A stretch of DNA of 64,000 bases from Dipteris shenzhenensis (taxonomy: Eukaryota): NCBI GenBank assembly GCA_047967505.1, contig CM106538.1. The stretch is one strand, 5' to 3'. The notes under the pieces were generated by a model. The model did not search any database. It worked only from the letters and a program-made list of their open reading frames with translations, and had not been told where the DNA came from. Both the position numbers and the translations under genes were made by a program. Of the stretch, positions 53,401 to 64,000 are shown piece by piece (the first letter of the stretch is position 1; every line of letters begins with the position of its first letter).

Positions 53401-55680
53401 ATTGCCTATGACTGCTTGTGAGAAATGCTACATAATTATAGCCATTGATTACATATCCAAATGGAAGGAAGCTAAGGCAATGAATGCAAAGGAGAGATGC
53501 AAGTTCATGTATGATAAAATTTGATGCCAGTTTGGAGTACCATTGGAGCTCTTGTCAGATAGAGGACCCGGATTTCGGATTGAGTTGATGGATCTTTTAT
53601 GTGAAAAGATGAAAATCAAACACAAGTATGCCACTCCTTACTATCCACAATGCAATGGGATGAATGAAAATGTCAATGGTGAACTAATGATCATGTTTAG
53701 CAAGATGACTCAAAGTCGTGAGAAAATGGGATTTGAAGCTTCCTTGTTCACTATGGACTTACATGATTACAATGAAAGGAAGAACCGGTTCTCTCCTTTC
53801 CACCTTATCTATGGAGTTGAAACTTTACTACCTATTGAGATAAAGGTGCCAGCATTGAGATTCTTGATTAAGATAAATGAGACGCCTTAGCACTACTTCA
53901 AGAACCGCCTTTTGGAATTGCAAACAATAGAGTTGGACGGATGCAAGCATTAGAGCATTATCAAAAACACCCAAGAGCAAAACCAAGGGAGGGCTAATGA
54001 GAAGATCATGGAAAAAAGGATCGGTAAGGGTGACCTTGTACTCCATTATAACAGTAAGTTGAATAACACTTTTAAGACTAAGTTTTAGCCAAAGTGGGAA
54101 GGCCCTTTGCGAGTGTAAGAACAACTATCTAATGGCTCATACCAGTTGCAGAACTTAGACAGGACCTTACAAAAGAATAGAGTTAATGGATACTGGCTTG
54201 AGAAATACATTGTCCGACTAACGATGATTACTACAAGACAAGTGGGCGCAAAAGAGCATGAGACATCGTTCACAAACACTATGAACGAGGACTACACCAA
54301 GTCACTACAACTTTTTGAAGACTACTGGACATGAATGTCTGCAACTGAGGGGGGGGCAACAATGATAGGCAGATTTTGAAATTACTAATGATAGATACTA
54401 GGTGAAACTGATACTATTGTATATCTTAAGTCGTGTTTTGCATAAAAACACTAGATGTTTATTTGCATGAAGATAGAAAGCGATTGGTTGTTGTAAAACT
54501 AGTGGTAGATAGGCTAGTGAAGATGTGGGTAAAGAGCATGCTGATAAAAAACGCAATTGCACCTTCCTAAAAAATGCAATTGTCACTGTTTTTGCGATAG
54601 CTTCTGGTCCACCACTCAGATTTAGGAGTTTTGGTTATCATTAAGAAGTTGAGATCGAAATCTACGACTTTCTAAAAGAAGTCAGGGTCTAAATCGACAA
54701 GAGAGTGTCGAAAACTCAAAATACGACAAGCAACCTGTTTTTGCTATAAAAGGTGTAGGAAAGCTGTTGTTTTTTAGGAGCACAGGAAGGTTTTCTCTTG
54801 GGATTGCAAGGATGGTGGTTCTACTTTGCGTCATACCAGAGTCTACCTTGTGTATGAGAGTCTCATTTGATCGCTGCTCTTGTTTGCAAAAGTGAAAATT
54901 GAAAGTGTGGGTTGTAGAAGTCATGATTGTTGCAAGGTGTGTTGAAATAATATATGAGCTGCCGGCCCTTTTCTAGTGTTTGGTGTATGTTTGTGTGTTA
55001 GAGGTCTATCATAAATGTCACCCATGGTCATTTGGTTTCTCTCAACACTGTCTGGGTCTGTGATGTATCTACAGTGGTCGCCATTGAGGCCCCTCACATT
55101 CTTTGAAATGATCGTGGATAGTTTAGACATGAGATGGAAGTGAGGGAGTGCCATTTGCATCAACATGGATCTCTCTCAAAGAAGAGGGTGCCCATAGACT
55201 CTCTCAAACTGAAAGCCACGCCTAACTTGTTTGTAGAACGATGGTGTCCTCAAGTCTAAAGGCACTCTATCGCAATGCGAGGTCTTGAGAATAGAGTCTA
55301 AGAAGAATAAGAAATCGACTTACCTAGCTCAAATTGACTCTAGTCTTTGATGGCCCCTTTGTCGTAGAACCTGGTGATAAGTGAGACCAAAAGATAGGAG
55401 GGAGGTCTCTGTCAGCCAAGCCAGTCCTGGAAGCACTCATATGAGGTAATGCAACCCCTCCCATACTAATAGCTAGACTAGAGTGGCATTGTTGTCCTCC
55501 ATTATAGCTGCTCTTGCCGACCTGAGGATGAGGAGCTGCTCCTAGAAGAGATGGTGGGGTGAAAAAGACGGAGGAAAAAATCCAGTGGAGGGGATAGTGG
55601 AGCTGACAACAAATACCTTCAAGCTTTGTGTGGGCTTCCAAGAGACAAAGTCATACGTTGTGCACCATGTGTGACAATCA
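50459..55680 (+). mobile_element. Decayed Tat-type Ty3/gypsy element D with additional RNase H, PPT and probable 3' LTR
   Basis: PR remnant IRLANHAKVKCLG; RT MPFGVTNGPS; RH; second RNase H (WFDGSF..NNNEAEYSAL..LKGD, ~52.6-52.9 kb); INT LSDRGPGF..TPYYPQCNG..WEGP. PPT gagggggggg at ~54347-54356; LTR-like TGATAGG..ATCA at ~54363-55680. Confidence 0.85.
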
Positions 55681-57105
55681 GCAAACAAAGAGACCTCAGT
55701 CTACAATCGCCTGCCGAAATCACACTGCCTCCTGCATGAAAAATGACATTGCAGCAAGCATTGATGAGGACGGTTGAGCCAAGTTTGATATTTCCCTTCA
55801 GCTGCCAGTGTGGTCATCCCAGAAAGAAAGCGCCGTTGCCTGCTACCTGCACGGAATACTGGAAGGCCAATGTCTTTTCCACATTCTTTCCATGAACTGT
55901 TTCAATGAGAGGCATGCCGCGTGAAATGGAAGGGCAGAAGTGCCACTGCCTGCAGCCTGTATGAAGTCCAGCATGGAAGTGGCGGCTTACAGCATGAAGA
56001 CCATGGTAGCAGGCGGTACTCCTAGGACCATCGTGGAAGTGGCTTGTGTGAAAAAGAGCAAACAAAGGCAACAGCTTCCTGTGTTGCATAAGATCAGCAC
56101 AAGGGGAGGCGATCTGCATTGAAGGACAGGAAGGGTGGCCAACCAACGTGGAAGGAGGCAGGAGGTTGGCGATGGAGGGAGCAGATGGGTTGGCATAGCA
56201 GCTCCTTGACAAGCTAACGTTTATTGTCCTACAGCTGGTAGTATTGTTTTGAGTTACACATGGAAATATTTCTTTTAATAATTTTAACATAATCATACAC
56301 AAAAATATATTTTTACAATTTAAACACATTCCAACTATTGTCCAATGATCACTCATTTCATAAATGCATAGGAAAACTTTTATTTTAAAAATGTTGTCTC
56401 GCAAACTTGGAAAACTATTTATCTGTCCTGTTCTTGAAAAAAATGTCATATACAAGCTCTATGTACTACAGCATGTAAATGATTTCGTTGCAGACAAACA
56501 AAAAAGCTGGGTACAAAACCAATCAAAAGCTGGTGAAGTGTAACCCCCCATCATATATGTAGAGAGAGCGTTCATGGCAGGCAGCGAAGACAGTGCCACA
56601 ACCAGCATTTTGATGGGCAATCCGTGCAGATCCGTATATTTCTTTGGAGTTGTAGTATGATGACCTTGGAATTTGTATTCTAAATTTACATACTGTCAAT
56701 TGATGTGATGCTGGTAAAGTCACTCACCATGTCAAGCTCTAAACACTAAAGATACCGTGAAAATCTGTGCGCATTAATTTCTCTTCAAGACAGTAAAGAA
56801 ATAACGTCAAATGCTTTAGTATTACGTACAATTTACTTTGCAATACAAAGGTTTATGCAGTTACCCAGGAAGATACATCTGATTACGAGAAACCATGAAA
56901 GGTCACAACTCGTGTATCCGTTACGTACTGCCTTGGTACTGTCCCAGTAAAAATGGATCGTGCATAGGATTTATGCCTGCTAGTAAAGTTTTTCACCTGA
57001 GACTTGTTCCTAATCCCCATAATCAGGGAGCAAAATCCCTGCACAGGTCAACTCTGGCAGCCTCTGCTATATGACAGAAAATGGATGCAAACAGAGGTCA
57101 ATCAA

Positions 57106-57343
57106 TCAGAGCATCACAAGTTCATGAACAAGGACACAAAGTGCATGAGCTGCCCCAGGTTTATTTTTTCCTTCAGTTGTTCCATTAAGATTAGGAGGGA
57201 CTTCCCTACATTGGAAATCACACAGCCTCTGCCGCATTCTTTCCAGCTTCTGTTCACAATTCAGATATTCCAATGCAATACTTGCAACCTCCTCAGGTTG
57301 CAATCGTCCAATCAGCTCAGGAACAATCGCTTCGCCTGCCCAT
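57106..57343 (-). CDS. Terminal coding exon of a cyanobacterial-type LpxB-like (lipid-A-disaccharide synthase-related, GT-B fold) protein
   Basis: After acceptor gatgcag the exon reads WAGEAIVPELIGRLQPEEVASIALEYLNCEQKLERMRQRL...PGAAHALCVLVHELVML*. This matches from memory the C-terminus of cyanobacterial LpxB-like proteins (WA..EIVPEL.G.L.P..VA.....L..P..L..MR..L...G.PGAA). Confidence 0.75.
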
Positions 57344-59313
57344 CTGCATCTTCAACTGATTGTGATAAGGATGCCTCATTCAAAACATAAATGGGGAAAT
57401 TACGTTGGATTCATACACAGCACAACATACCTCACATTTTCTAATAACTATAGGGAGATGAATGGTAAGACACTCAAACCCATTGTCCCTACATTACAAG
57501 CCCCCGGAAGAGGACAAATGCACCACAGATAAAATGATCAGGCGTGTATGTACTATGCCAAAAATACAGAGTCATCTTGTCACACTAAGAAGATATAATA
57601 AAATGCAGTCATCGCATCATACGAAGAGAACCCTATTAATTACATTCTTAAAAAGCCCATGTTATATGCTTAGTGAGGCCAGCATTTTGCTCCCTAGAGT
57701 ATGATTAATTCCAAGCAAAGCACTATTAACATCGTGCAAGCACAAATAGAAACTAAAATCGGATCTACATACATAACAAAAGAAGACGGAAGATCTTCGT
57801 GAGGTGCTGCATCTACTTTCATTTCAAAAAGGCAATAGAATTGTGTGTCATGGATTCATGAATCAGGCATACATACAGATTAAGATAAGACCTATACCGA
57901 GAAAAAAAAGAATTTTCGTGGGACGACTGCAATTTTGGTGACAAATGTCATATTGAACTGGGCACTCTGGACTATGAACAAGGCGTGTATGTGTATATGT
58001 TTATGTCTAGATGAGTCCAGGAACATGCCCAAACTCATCCTGTAAAACACAACATAGTGCAGTTTCAATCTAATGATAGTCACTCATAAGGCTGAAACCA
58101 TAAACTCCATCACGCATAGCAGGGACTAGCTACTATGACATCCCCACTGATGTCGTCAGCGCCCAACTGATAGTATAAACATATGCTCTCACACATATAA
58201 ATCCACAGGTTCAAACAAGCAATAAATTTGTGGCATTGACTTGTGTATGACTTACCTTAAGATATGAACAAGGTGTGTACTCAGGACAGCAGCCAAAATA
58301 TTTGTCATTGACTACATGTTTAAATTACACATCATAGCTATACCCATAGAGATGCAAGTTCTTGACAAAGCTAACCTTTAAAAGAGCCACTGGTAGTTAG
58401 GCAATTGGACTATAACCCTACACACTTTCTAAATTATGTTCACAAAAACACATGGCTTTCTACTTTATGTTCACAAAATACAGTGCACGTATTTGATTCT
58501 TTTCTCCTCCATAAACACTCCTGCCAGCCCTCTCCCTCCCTCCCGCAGCCTCTACCTCCCCCTTGCTCACCCCCGCCTCGGCCGCCCTCACCCCCTCGTC
58601 TCTCCGCCCTCGACCCTCGCCGGCCCTCGCCTCACCCCCCCACCTCCCGTCTCACCCCCTCGCTGCGCCCTCCGCCCCCCCCCTGCCTCGCCTCTCCGCC
58701 TCACCTCTCCCCTTCGCTACGCTCTCCCCCGCCCCTCGCTTCCCCCACCCGCCCTCGCTCCCTCGCTACGCCCCTCCCCCTCGCCTCTCGTTCTCCACCC
58801 GCCCCCCCTCGCCCCTTGCCCCCCCTCGCCCCTTGCCCCCCCTCGCTGCGCTCTCCACCCGCCCCCCCTCGCCCCTCGCTCCCCACCCGCCCGCCCCTCG
58901 CCCCTCCCGCCCTTCCGCCCCGCCCCCTCGCCCCTCCCGCCCTTCCGCCCCGCCCCCCCCGCCATTCCGCCCCGCCCTGCCCCACCTCAGCCGTCCCCCC
59001 GCCCTCTCCTCTTCACCCCCCCCGCCCTCCATCCTCCGCCCCCACCCCCGCTCTCCACCCCTGCCCCCTCCGCCTCCCGGCCTCCCGCCCTCGCTTCCAC
59101 CGCCATCCCTCCCCCTCACCTTCGCCCCCCGCCTCCGCCCTCCGCCTCCGCCCCCGCCTACGCCTCCGCTTCCCCCACCTGACTCGCTTCGTCCCGTTTC
59201 GCCTCATCCTTCTTCATCACACCCAAGCTCCCCCCCCCTCGTCTATCCCCCCCCCCCCTTTTTTGGGTGGCAGCCTCTTCTTCATCGGAGGTTTCGTAGT
59301 TTGTCTTGGCGGT

Positions 59314-61519
59314 ATGGCGGCTCCCTACCCGGAACCGGAGGCCTAGTCGGACCCTCCCTCTCCAGATGCCTACCGCATTATCTTGACAGAGCAACAATTG
59401 TCTCGGGTACAGGAGGTTGCCAATGACTTTGCCCTTACCTCTGTCTACGGCAGAGTCATTGGACATTCCCCCTCCACATCAGCCATCAGGGACTGGCTCC
59501 AGTCCACTCTCATGCTAGAGGACAGCCACATTGAGGAGGTGGCCCTTATGGGAAGGGGCGTCTTCTGGCTTAAACTCTCTACTGCGAAAGCGGCGAGCAA
59601 CCTGATTGCTGGTTCCCCCACATCTGTGGATGGAAAGATCATTATGATAGTCCCTTGGTACCGTGGATTCAGTGCAACGGATTTTGATGCTCGTTTCCGC
59701 ATACCTCGCCACCCAGTGACGCTAGTTTTTCCAGGCCTTGCTGCTGAGCTGCAGCCGATTGTTAGGGACCTGGGCTCCCACTTTGGCTGGGTTATGCATG
59801 ACACTTTCGCCGACATGGTTACTACGGCAGGAGCCCCTCGAGTCCGTGTGGTTGTGGCGGACCCTGCGTCTCTCCTTGCAGTGATTGAGATCGTGACAGA
59901 TGCCGGCAGCATTACCCAGAGCATGGTAGTCACAGGACAGCCAGGCCAGTGCCTAAGGTGTCACGGCTTTGGGCACCTGGCTGCTATTTGTCCACGATTC
60001 TCCAGTTCCTCTCGGGCCCCCCCCTCCCCCTCCGTCCCCTCCCCCCCCCTCCGGGCAGCCACGTCAGGAGGAGCAGAGGCAGCCGGAGTCCGGTCCAGAG
60101 ATAGCTGGCGGTTGGACTGAGGTCAGAAGGAAAAGAGGAAAGAATAAGAAGATTTCCGAAAAAGGCAAGGAGGCAGAGGTTACCCAACCTGCAGCAGCGC
60201 CTCAGAGACCTGACAGGCAGCCGCCCCAGGGTCCTGGGAGAGCTTCTTCTTCGACGGTAGCCCGCCCTCCACAGCCTCAGGTCCCCCTCTCTTCCGCTCC
60301 CCAGCGCCCTTCCGCTCAATCCCAGCCCCCAGGCACACCCCCCTCTTCCCGACCCGCAGCATCAGCCCCCGCCTCTTCCTCTTCGGTCTCCTCCTCTTCC
60401 TTCTCCGCCCTAGTCCCAGGTGCAGCCCCATCCCCCCCCGCCTCTCTCAGCTCTCCTGCAGTGTCAGCTGTACCGATGGTTCCTCAGCCGCGGGCAGCCC
60501 CCACTCCCCCTCCTCCACCCCCCCCGCTAGCCCCCGCCTCTTCCTCTTCAGTCTCCTCTTCCTTCTCCGCCCTAGTCCCAGGTGCAGCCCCATCCCCCCC
60601 CGCCTCTCTCAGCTCTCCTGCAGTGTCAGCTGTACCGATGGTTCCTCAGCCGCGGGCAGCCCCCACTCCCCCTCCTCCACCCCCCCCCGCTAGTCGCCTT
60701 TGTGGAGTCTGAGTTGCCTACCCCCCAGCCACCTCCCCCTTCCCCTCCACAGGCAGGTCACCCTGAATCTACACCACCACTGGAGCAGTCCTCCCTGTCT
60801 GCTAGCCCCTCAGTTGCAAACTCTGGTGGGCCTCAGCTTCAGGAGAGAGAGCTTCCTCGCAACTTCTACAGATCTGGCCCTTGGGACTACTTGGATGTGG
60901 CCGACCTTGGGACCTTTCCTGCTTGTCTCGACATCAGTATCTTCCTGCTCCGTAAAGGGGCGGATGGGAAGATCGCAACCTTGGCCCCGAGGGATGGCCC
61001 TAGCTTTGCTTTCACATTCCTCAGCGACGGCACCGAGACTAGGACAGACGACTCGGTCTGGGAGGCTCTCAGAGAGCAGACTGCTCAGGTTTGCTCCTAG
61101 ATAGGCCCGTCCGGTGGACAGCTTCTCGAGACTCAGTGGTCCGAGGGTGACGTGCGCCTACGGTGGCGTTGCGCCGCCAAACGCTTCAGATTGATTGTGA
61201 TCCTCAAGCCCCCTCTGTCGTGGCCCCCTCAAAAACTCCGAGCCTTCTACGGGATGTCAGAGCCTGGACCCCTCAAAAACTCCGAGCCTTCTACGGGATG
61301 TCTACTTCAGAGATCTCGAGTTGGCTCGAGAAAGCATTTGTTCATGGTACTAAAGGCCTTACGCCTTTGCTAAAGGTGTTGAAGAACGGGCAGGACGATC
61401 CCACCTCCCCCTCCAAACCCTCTCATAAGCGTCAGCGCCTCCATTCCGACATGTCAACTTCTTCATCGACATCTGCCACGAGTAGACAATTGTTCGCAGC
61501 CTACCAGTCCTCACCATGA
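59314..61519 (+). pseudogene. L1 ORF1 (DUF4283-like RRM region, CLRCHGFGHLAAIC knuckle, Pro-rich linker, conserved C-terminal domain)
   Basis: ATG at 59314 is in frame with ORF 59383..60120 across a TAG; continues through 59969..60712, 60582..61100 and 61163..61519. Confidence 0.85.
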
Positions 61520-64000
61520 GCCTACACCTTGTCTCCTGGAATGTGAACGGGTTTCATTCTTCTGGCACCCATGGTCCTAGGAAGCTCATCTTGAGACAGG
61601 AACTTCAGCCAACAGTGATTGGTCGCTTGGATATACTTCTGCTCCAGGAGCACAAGCTTTCTGTGGCTCATTCCCGTAGCTGCGGGAAGATTCTCCCTGG
61701 ACGCTCTCACACTTATTGGGAGCCCTCGATCGGCGCACAGGGGAGGAGTGGCGGTGTCTGTACTTCCGTGTGCGAGCAGTTAGCCCAGGGAGTTTTTGGT
61801 CATGGTACGTTGATTTCAGGCCGTGCCCTTTGGGTAGGCCTCGAGTTGGAGGGTTCCAAAATAGGGATCCTCAACATCTATGCTCCCACAGACCTCCGAT
61901 GCAGAGCCACCTTCTGGAGGACACTTACAGGGATTCTCCCAGACATGGATTCCTGGATTGTTGGAGGTGACTTCAACAATCTGGAGACCTTGGAGGACCA
62001 GCAGGGCGGAGGACCAGAGTTTACAGGTATGGCTCAGAGCAGGCCGCTTGGGACTCCTTTATCTTCGCGACAGGAGGTAGGGACAGCTGGAGAGACCCGT
62101 CCTTCCGCCGTTGGCACGAGAGCTTGGACTTCTCGTGGGGCTTCCGCAGGGAAGGAGGCAGACTCCTGGAGAGACTGGATAGATTTTATGTCAGTGATTG
62201 GGCCATCAGCAGAGGCGGTCAGGCGGGTATAGTGCCACGGACGACACTTTCCGACCACGCGCCTATGCTCTTATCATTAGATTCGGCAACTCAGTCCCTT
62301 CCTCCCCGTTCGTGCCGGATCCCCGACTCCATCTTCTTGAGGGAGGACGTGCGCAGTAGCATCGGTAGCCTTTGGGACAGAGATTGGGGCGAGTGCGTGG
62401 ATCTGGTTGATTCGGTGGCGCAGGCTTTGCAGGAGTCTAGCCAGATTTGCCAGCTCGCGACCCTTCAGGTTCGACAGGAGTGGTGGGGCAGAGAGAGAGC
62501 TCTTCGTAGGGACCTCGCTTCCATTCAGCGACTCCAGCAGGCAGCCCCGGGCTCGGAGGAGCTTCGGATCCAGGCCCTTCGAGCCAGAGCCCTTCTTGAG
62601 AAGACTCTCCAGTGCCGTTCAGAGTTTTCCTATCACGCCTCCCTCTCATTCTGGGCTCGGAAGGGCGACCGGATGTGCAGGGAGTTCTTCAGGACGCATG
62701 GCCAGAGAGCAGCAGGTGATCAGCTACGAAGTCTGAGGACAGCGGAGGGGCACATCGTTACTGATCCGGGTGAGGTCTTGGGGTTGGCTACCGACTTCTA
62801 CATGACCCTTTTCCAGCAGGAGCAGCTTGCCCCTCGCACTCGACGTTCCCGCGAGGAGGTGTGGAGGCATATTCCAGCCCTAGTTCAGCCCAGCATGCAC
62901 GCGACGTTGGCACCGTTCACTACTGACGAGATGTTGGAGGCCTTGATGGCCATCGATGGGCAGAAATGCCCTGGCGAGGATGGGCTATCTTGCGCTTTCT
63001 TCACCTCCTTCTGGGATCAGATCCATCAGCCCCTCCTAGCAGCCCTCCAGAGGATTTTCAGCAGCGGATATATGCCAGAGAGCCTCTCCTCGGGACTGAT
63101 TTGCCTCATCCCGAAGGGAGGAGATCGACAGGAGATCCGTCAGTGGCGCCCGATCACTCTCCTCTCCACTGCCTACAAAATCCTTGCCAAGATGATCAGC
63201 GCCAGAGTTCGGCCTCTACTTCCTGACCTCATTCATGACACTCAGACACGCTTTGTCTAGGATCGCAGTATCCAGGATAATGTCTTCACTTTCTCAGAGG
63301 CGGCGGAGTGGGCTCAGCACAGCGGGTCACATTTAGCCATCCTACTTCTCGACTTTGAGAAGGCCTACGATCGAGTGGACTGGTCCTTCTTGGAGGGTAC
63401 TCTGGAGCGACTAGGGTTCCCAGCAGGATGGATACAGGGTATTTCAGCATTATACAAGACGGCTTCCAGCAGGGTCATCATCGGCGGCAGGATGGGAGAG
63501 CGATTTCGTTTGGAGAGATCAGTGCGTCAGGGTTGCCCCCTTGCTCCTTACCTGTTTCTCTTCTTCGCCGAGGCCATGACATACTACCTTCGAGCGAGGT
63601 CGACCGGGATCTGGGGTGTTCGCCTTCCCATCAGGGAGGACACGGAGCTTCTGGATTCGGAGTATGCAGATGACACAGCACTGTATGTTCAGGATGATGA
63701 GATGATGCTGGAGAGGGTGAGGCTAGCCCTAGAGGTCTTCTGCTCGACAGCCGGTGCGAAAATCAACTGGAACAAATCAGTTGGTTTTCTCACAAATCCG
63801 GGGGCGTGCTCACAGTGGGGGAGGTTTTTGGGCTTCAGGTGGATCCCGCGGGGACAGACAGCTAGATATCTCGGCTTTCAGGTCGGCCTGGATATCACGC
63901 CAGCTCAGCAGTTTCTCCCGGTGCTAGATTCCATTCGACGGAAGCTGGCTTTCTGGAGCACTGCTAAGCTCTCTCTCGCAGGTCGTGCTCTTGTAGTCAA
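61516..64000 (+). pseudogene. L1 ORF2 endonuclease/reverse transcriptase (one frameshift ~62040, one TAG at 63258)
   Basis: MSLHLVSWNVNG..QEHKL..GDFN..RLDRFY..SDHAP..KCPGEDG..WRPITLL..YKILAK, then RT motifs to the window end. Confidence 0.95.

Larger units (their letters stand above)
58520..64000 (+). mobile_element. Young, near full-length L1-clade LINE running off the window end
   Basis: C-rich 5' UTR, ORF1 with CCHC knuckle, ORF2 APE + RT (LLDFEKAYDRV, VRQGCPLAPYLF, YADD); only a few lesions. Confidence 0.96.

Noticed and set aside
58405-59426. Long Pro-rich ORFs resembling extensin/formin
   Set aside because: Open in all frames because of the C-rich L1 5' UTR; compositional artefact.

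Overview
Plant nuclear DNA, repeat-dominated and spliceosomal. By inference it is probably a fern or other non-seed vascular plant, given the huge TE-filled introns, long (AG)n/(AC)n tracts and the TE types. Only two host-gene fragments are visible, converging from the window edges. One is the last two exons of a B3 Raf-like (EDR1/SIS8/CTR1-type) kinase (+, 5247-5633). The other is the last coding exon of what looks like a cyanobacterial-type LpxB-like glycosyltransferase (-, 57106-57343), whose last intron apparently holds a young L1 LINE (58.5-64 kb). Between them lies ~50 kb of nested, decayed elements: a non-L1 LINE, a truncated Ty1/copia, three to four Ty3/gypsy pieces (one with the extra Tat-type RNase H), an older L1 copy, a hAT MITE and a microsatellite-filled inverted-repeat element. 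The best candidate for an undescribed system is a decayed, intron-containing gene at ~19.7-24.7 kb. It encodes a ParB/Srx-like domain followed by a possible beta-class N4C/N6A DNA methyltransferase remnant, and a second similar remnant lies at 0.2-1.15 kb. All calls come from manual motif reading; no searches were run.
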